Assembly: GCA_022566155.1 (NCBI GenBank)
Contig: JADFJS010000002.1
Coordinates: 1 to 38,600, forward strand
Direction: 5' to 3'
Length of the DNA stretch: 38,600 bases
From: Chloroflexota bacterium
Lineage (GTDB): Bacteria > Chloroflexota > Dehalococcoidia > Lucifugimonadales > UBA3495
Positions 36,590 to 38,600 of the stretch are shown piece after piece (the first letter of the stretch is position 1; each line of letters begins with the position of its first letter). The notes beneath the pieces were generated by a model. That model saw nothing but the letters and a program-made list of their open reading frames with translations. It was not told the DNA's origin and searched no databases. The translations under genes and the position numbers were made by a program.

Positions 36590-38053
36590 ATGTCCATGCC
36601 CGCCGACAAGCACTCCGGCACGTTGAGTTCCACCACAGGAGGGCGCTGGGGTGAGGTCATGGTGGCAGTTGTCGCCGGCCTAGGCATGTTCCTGGGAGCC
36701 CTGGACATTGCGGTCAACGTCGGATTGCCCTCGATCACCACGGCCTTCAACACCGACCTGGAAACCGTGCAGTGGATCATCGTGTCATTCGTCGCCACCC
36801 GAGCCGGTCTGGTGATGGGCGCGGGCAGCTTCGCCGACCGGTTCGGGTTGCGGGAAGTCTACATCTTTGGCGCATCGGTTTACCTGGTGGCCATGATCTG
36901 CATCGCATTATCGCCCAACCTGGGATCGGTGGTGGGGTTTCGAGTCCTTCAGGCCCTGGGGACCGGGAGCTTGTTCGCCGTCTCCCCGGCCATACTCGTC
37001 AGGCTATTCCCGGCCGAACGGCGTGGGCTTAGCATGGGGTTTGCCACCGCCAGCCAGGCCCTGGGGATGCTGGCCGGCACGCTGGGCGCGGGCCTGCTGG
37101 TGCAGTGGACCGGGTGGCAGGCCGTGTTTTTGGGTAGGATTCCCTTCATCGTTTTGGCGCTGGTGCTCGCCGTCATGTTCCTGGGCCGGGAATCCCGGCC
37201 GAGGCTAAAGGCATCCTTCGACATCGCCGGGGCCACGTTGCTGATGGCCGCTCTCATATGCCTGGTTGTCGGCATGCGGCTGGGGCGTTCCCAAGGGTGG
37301 GACCACCCGGCGGTGCTAACCTTGCTGCCGCTGGCGCCCATACTCCTGGGAATATTCTGGTGGGCCGAGGGGCGAGCCCAGTGGCCGGTGCTGCCCCGGG
37401 AGTTTTTCAGAGTCAGAGGGGTCGTCTTCGCCGGCGCCAGCGTGTTTCTGGTACACCTGGGCGTGTTCGTCATCTGGTTCATCTTTCCCTTTTACGTATC
37501 CGACGGCTTGGGACGGGGACCGTTTACCCTGGGGGCCTTGCTGGCGGTGATGGCCGCCTTCAACGCCGTCTTTTCCGGAGTGGGAGGATGGTTGTGTGAC
37601 AAGGCCGGCACCATGCCCGTGGGGATGTGCGGCCTGATAATGCTAACCTTAGGGTTGGTTTACGTGGGATTCCTCGACAATGATTCCAGCCTGACCCAGG
37701 TAGGCCTTCGCATGGCCGCCGTCGGCGCGGGGATGGGGTTGTTTCAAGCGGCGGCCTACACGTTGATGATGAGCAGCGTTCCCGACCAGCGCTTTGGCAC
37801 GGCGGCCGCCTCTCTTTCCTTGGCCCAGTCTTTCGGCACGGTGCTGTCGGTGGCCGCCATCGGTGGCATCTTCACGCTGATCGAAGACCACCGCCTCGCC
37901 GGCCTCGTGTCGGCAAGCGTCACTACGACCCAGGCGATGGATCTGGCATTCGTGCTGGCCTTCCAGGACGTGTTCCGGCTGGGAGCGGTTTTAGTGGCCC
38001 TGGGCGCCGGCGTTTTCTTGTTCAGCCCCAGGCGGCGGAGGATGGTCCCGTAA
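36590..38053 (+). CDS. MFS transporter (DHA2/EmrB-like, about 14 TM)
   Basis: LDIAVNVGLP, GSFADRFGLR motif A, FDIAG. Confidence 0.88.
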   Translation: MSMPADKHSGTLSSTTGGRWGEVMVAVVAGLGMFLGALDIAVNVGLPSITTAFNTDLETVQWIIVSFVATRAGLVMGAGSFADRFGLREVYIFGASVYLVAMICIALSPNLGSVVGFRVLQALGTGSLFAVSPAILVRLFPAERRGLSMGFATASQALGMLAGTLGAGLLVQWTGWQAVFLGRIPFIVLALVLAVMFLGRESRPRLKASFDIAGATLLMAALICLVVGMRLGRSQGWDHPAVLTLLPLAPILLGIFWWAEGRAQWPVLPREFFRVRGVVFAGASVFLVHLGVFVIWFIFPFYVSDGLGRGPFTLGALLAVMAAFNAVFSGVGGWLCDKAGTMPVGMCGLIMLTLGLVYVGFLDNDSSLTQVGLRMAAVGAGMGLFQAAAYTLMMSSVPDQRFGTAAASLSLAQSFGTVLSVAAIGGIFTLIEDHRLAGLVSASVTTTQAMDLAFVLAFQDVFRLGAVLVALGAGVFLFSPRRRRMVP

Positions 38054-38132
38054 CGCTGGGCCGATGATCGCTTCAGGATGCCGGTGGTTTTGCCAGGTAA
38101 TCCATCGGCGCATTTCGTCGCGATTCATTGCC

Positions 38133-38161
38133 TTGACGCCCAATCGGGCCGTTGCTAAACT
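38133..38161 (+). promoter_or_regulatory. tRNA promoter TTGACG-17 bp-TAAACT (with TGn extension)
   Basis: Consensus-like, ends 10 bp upstream of the tRNA 5' end. Confidence 0.7.
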
Positions 38162-38171
38162 GCAAGAGCAT

Positions 38172-38212
38172 GGGCGGTTAGCTCAGCTGGTTAGAGCACT
38201 TGCTCGACACGC
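38172..38212 (+). pseudogene. 5' half of tRNA-Val(GAC), interrupted just after the anticodon loop
   Basis: GGGCGGT-TA-GCTC-AGCTGGTTA-GAGC-A-CTTGC-TCGACAC-GC then diverges (CTC instead of AAG); no T-arm or 3' acceptor strand in the window. Confidence 0.85.
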
Positions 38213-38280
38213 CTCCCGCTCTTAACGCTGTGCTTCCGTAGCTACAGCCCCCTTTAAAATGTGTCCAGTTATGTTCTCTA

Positions 38281-38311
38281 AAAAAGCCCGCGAATTAATC
38301 GCGGGCTTTTT
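38281..38311. terminator. Bidirectional rho-independent terminator
   Basis: AAAAAGCCCGCGA-ATTAA-TCGCGGGCTTTTT, perfect 13-bp inverted repeat. Confidence 0.85.
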
Positions 38312-38343
38312 GCTAACCAGGCAGTAATCAGGAAAGAAACTAC

Positions 38344-38600
38344 ATGGCACCAGCGACAGTACTCGAACTCGTGGATCGTCTTGAGGATGTGAAAAAGGCA
38401 ATCGGCCAGGCCCAGGCGTCTTTTGGCGCTGATTGGATCTCTAATAGCGATGTTCGCTCGCAGTGGTTCGATGGGGTTTTTAAGTCCCTCATAATTACAC
38501 AAGCCCACCTGCATCTGTATAAGAGCTATCTAGGCGATTACTCATGGTGGCAAACCATTGCACCCAAGATGCCACAGAGCCACATGTCGTGGATTCTGTC
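38344..38600 (+). CDS. Hypothetical protein, 5' part (runs off the window)
   Basis: Open frame MAPATVLELVDRLEDVKKAIGQAQASFGADW...MSWIL reaches the edge; AGGA upstream; absent from the ORF track because it has no stop. Confidence 0.55.
   Translation, partial: MAPATVLELVDRLEDVKKAIGQAQASFGADWISNSDVRSQWFDGVFKSLIITQAHLHLYKSYLGDYSWWQTIAPKMPQSHMSWIL

Larger units (their letters stand above)
38213..38600. mobile_element. Probable left end of an integrated element or genomic island
   Basis: Begins exactly where the tRNA breaks; visibly more AT-rich; no integrase seen in the window. Confidence 0.55.

Noticed and set aside
38172-38480. Intact, intron-containing or permuted tRNA
   Set aside because: GGTTCGA near 38465 has no T-stem, there is no 3' acceptor strand, and the break is not at a typical group I intron position.
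38278-38514. 78-aa minus-strand ORF
   Set aside because: Runs through the terminator hairpin and overlaps a more plausible plus-strand ORF starting at 38344.

Overview
Bacterial DNA with sigma70-type promoters and Shine-Dalgarno sites. Gene content (luciferase-like monooxygenase, coxS/M/G-like genes, monoderm-type pilus without a secretin) suggests Chloroflexota, probably Dehalococcoidia/SAR202; this placement is inference. The main feature is an apparently complete archaellum (archaeal flagellum) operon at about 3.46-11.9 kb: arlB, arlD/E-like, arlG, arlF, arlH, arlI, arlJ and an acidic unknown gene. It has a bacterial-type promoter and a structured 5' leader. About 10 kb away, on the opposite strand, is a second type IV filament system: response regulator, pilB, pilC, pilO-like, pilM-pilN fusion, major pilin, two minor pilins and a giant pilin-vWA adhesin. 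Housekeeping and metabolic genes fill the rest (glmS, treT, phnA, thrB, lysC, GT2, TPR protein, speD, speE, acs, MFS). At the right end a tRNA-Val(GAC) gene is cut just after the anticodon loop by foreign-looking DNA, probably the boundary of an integrated element.
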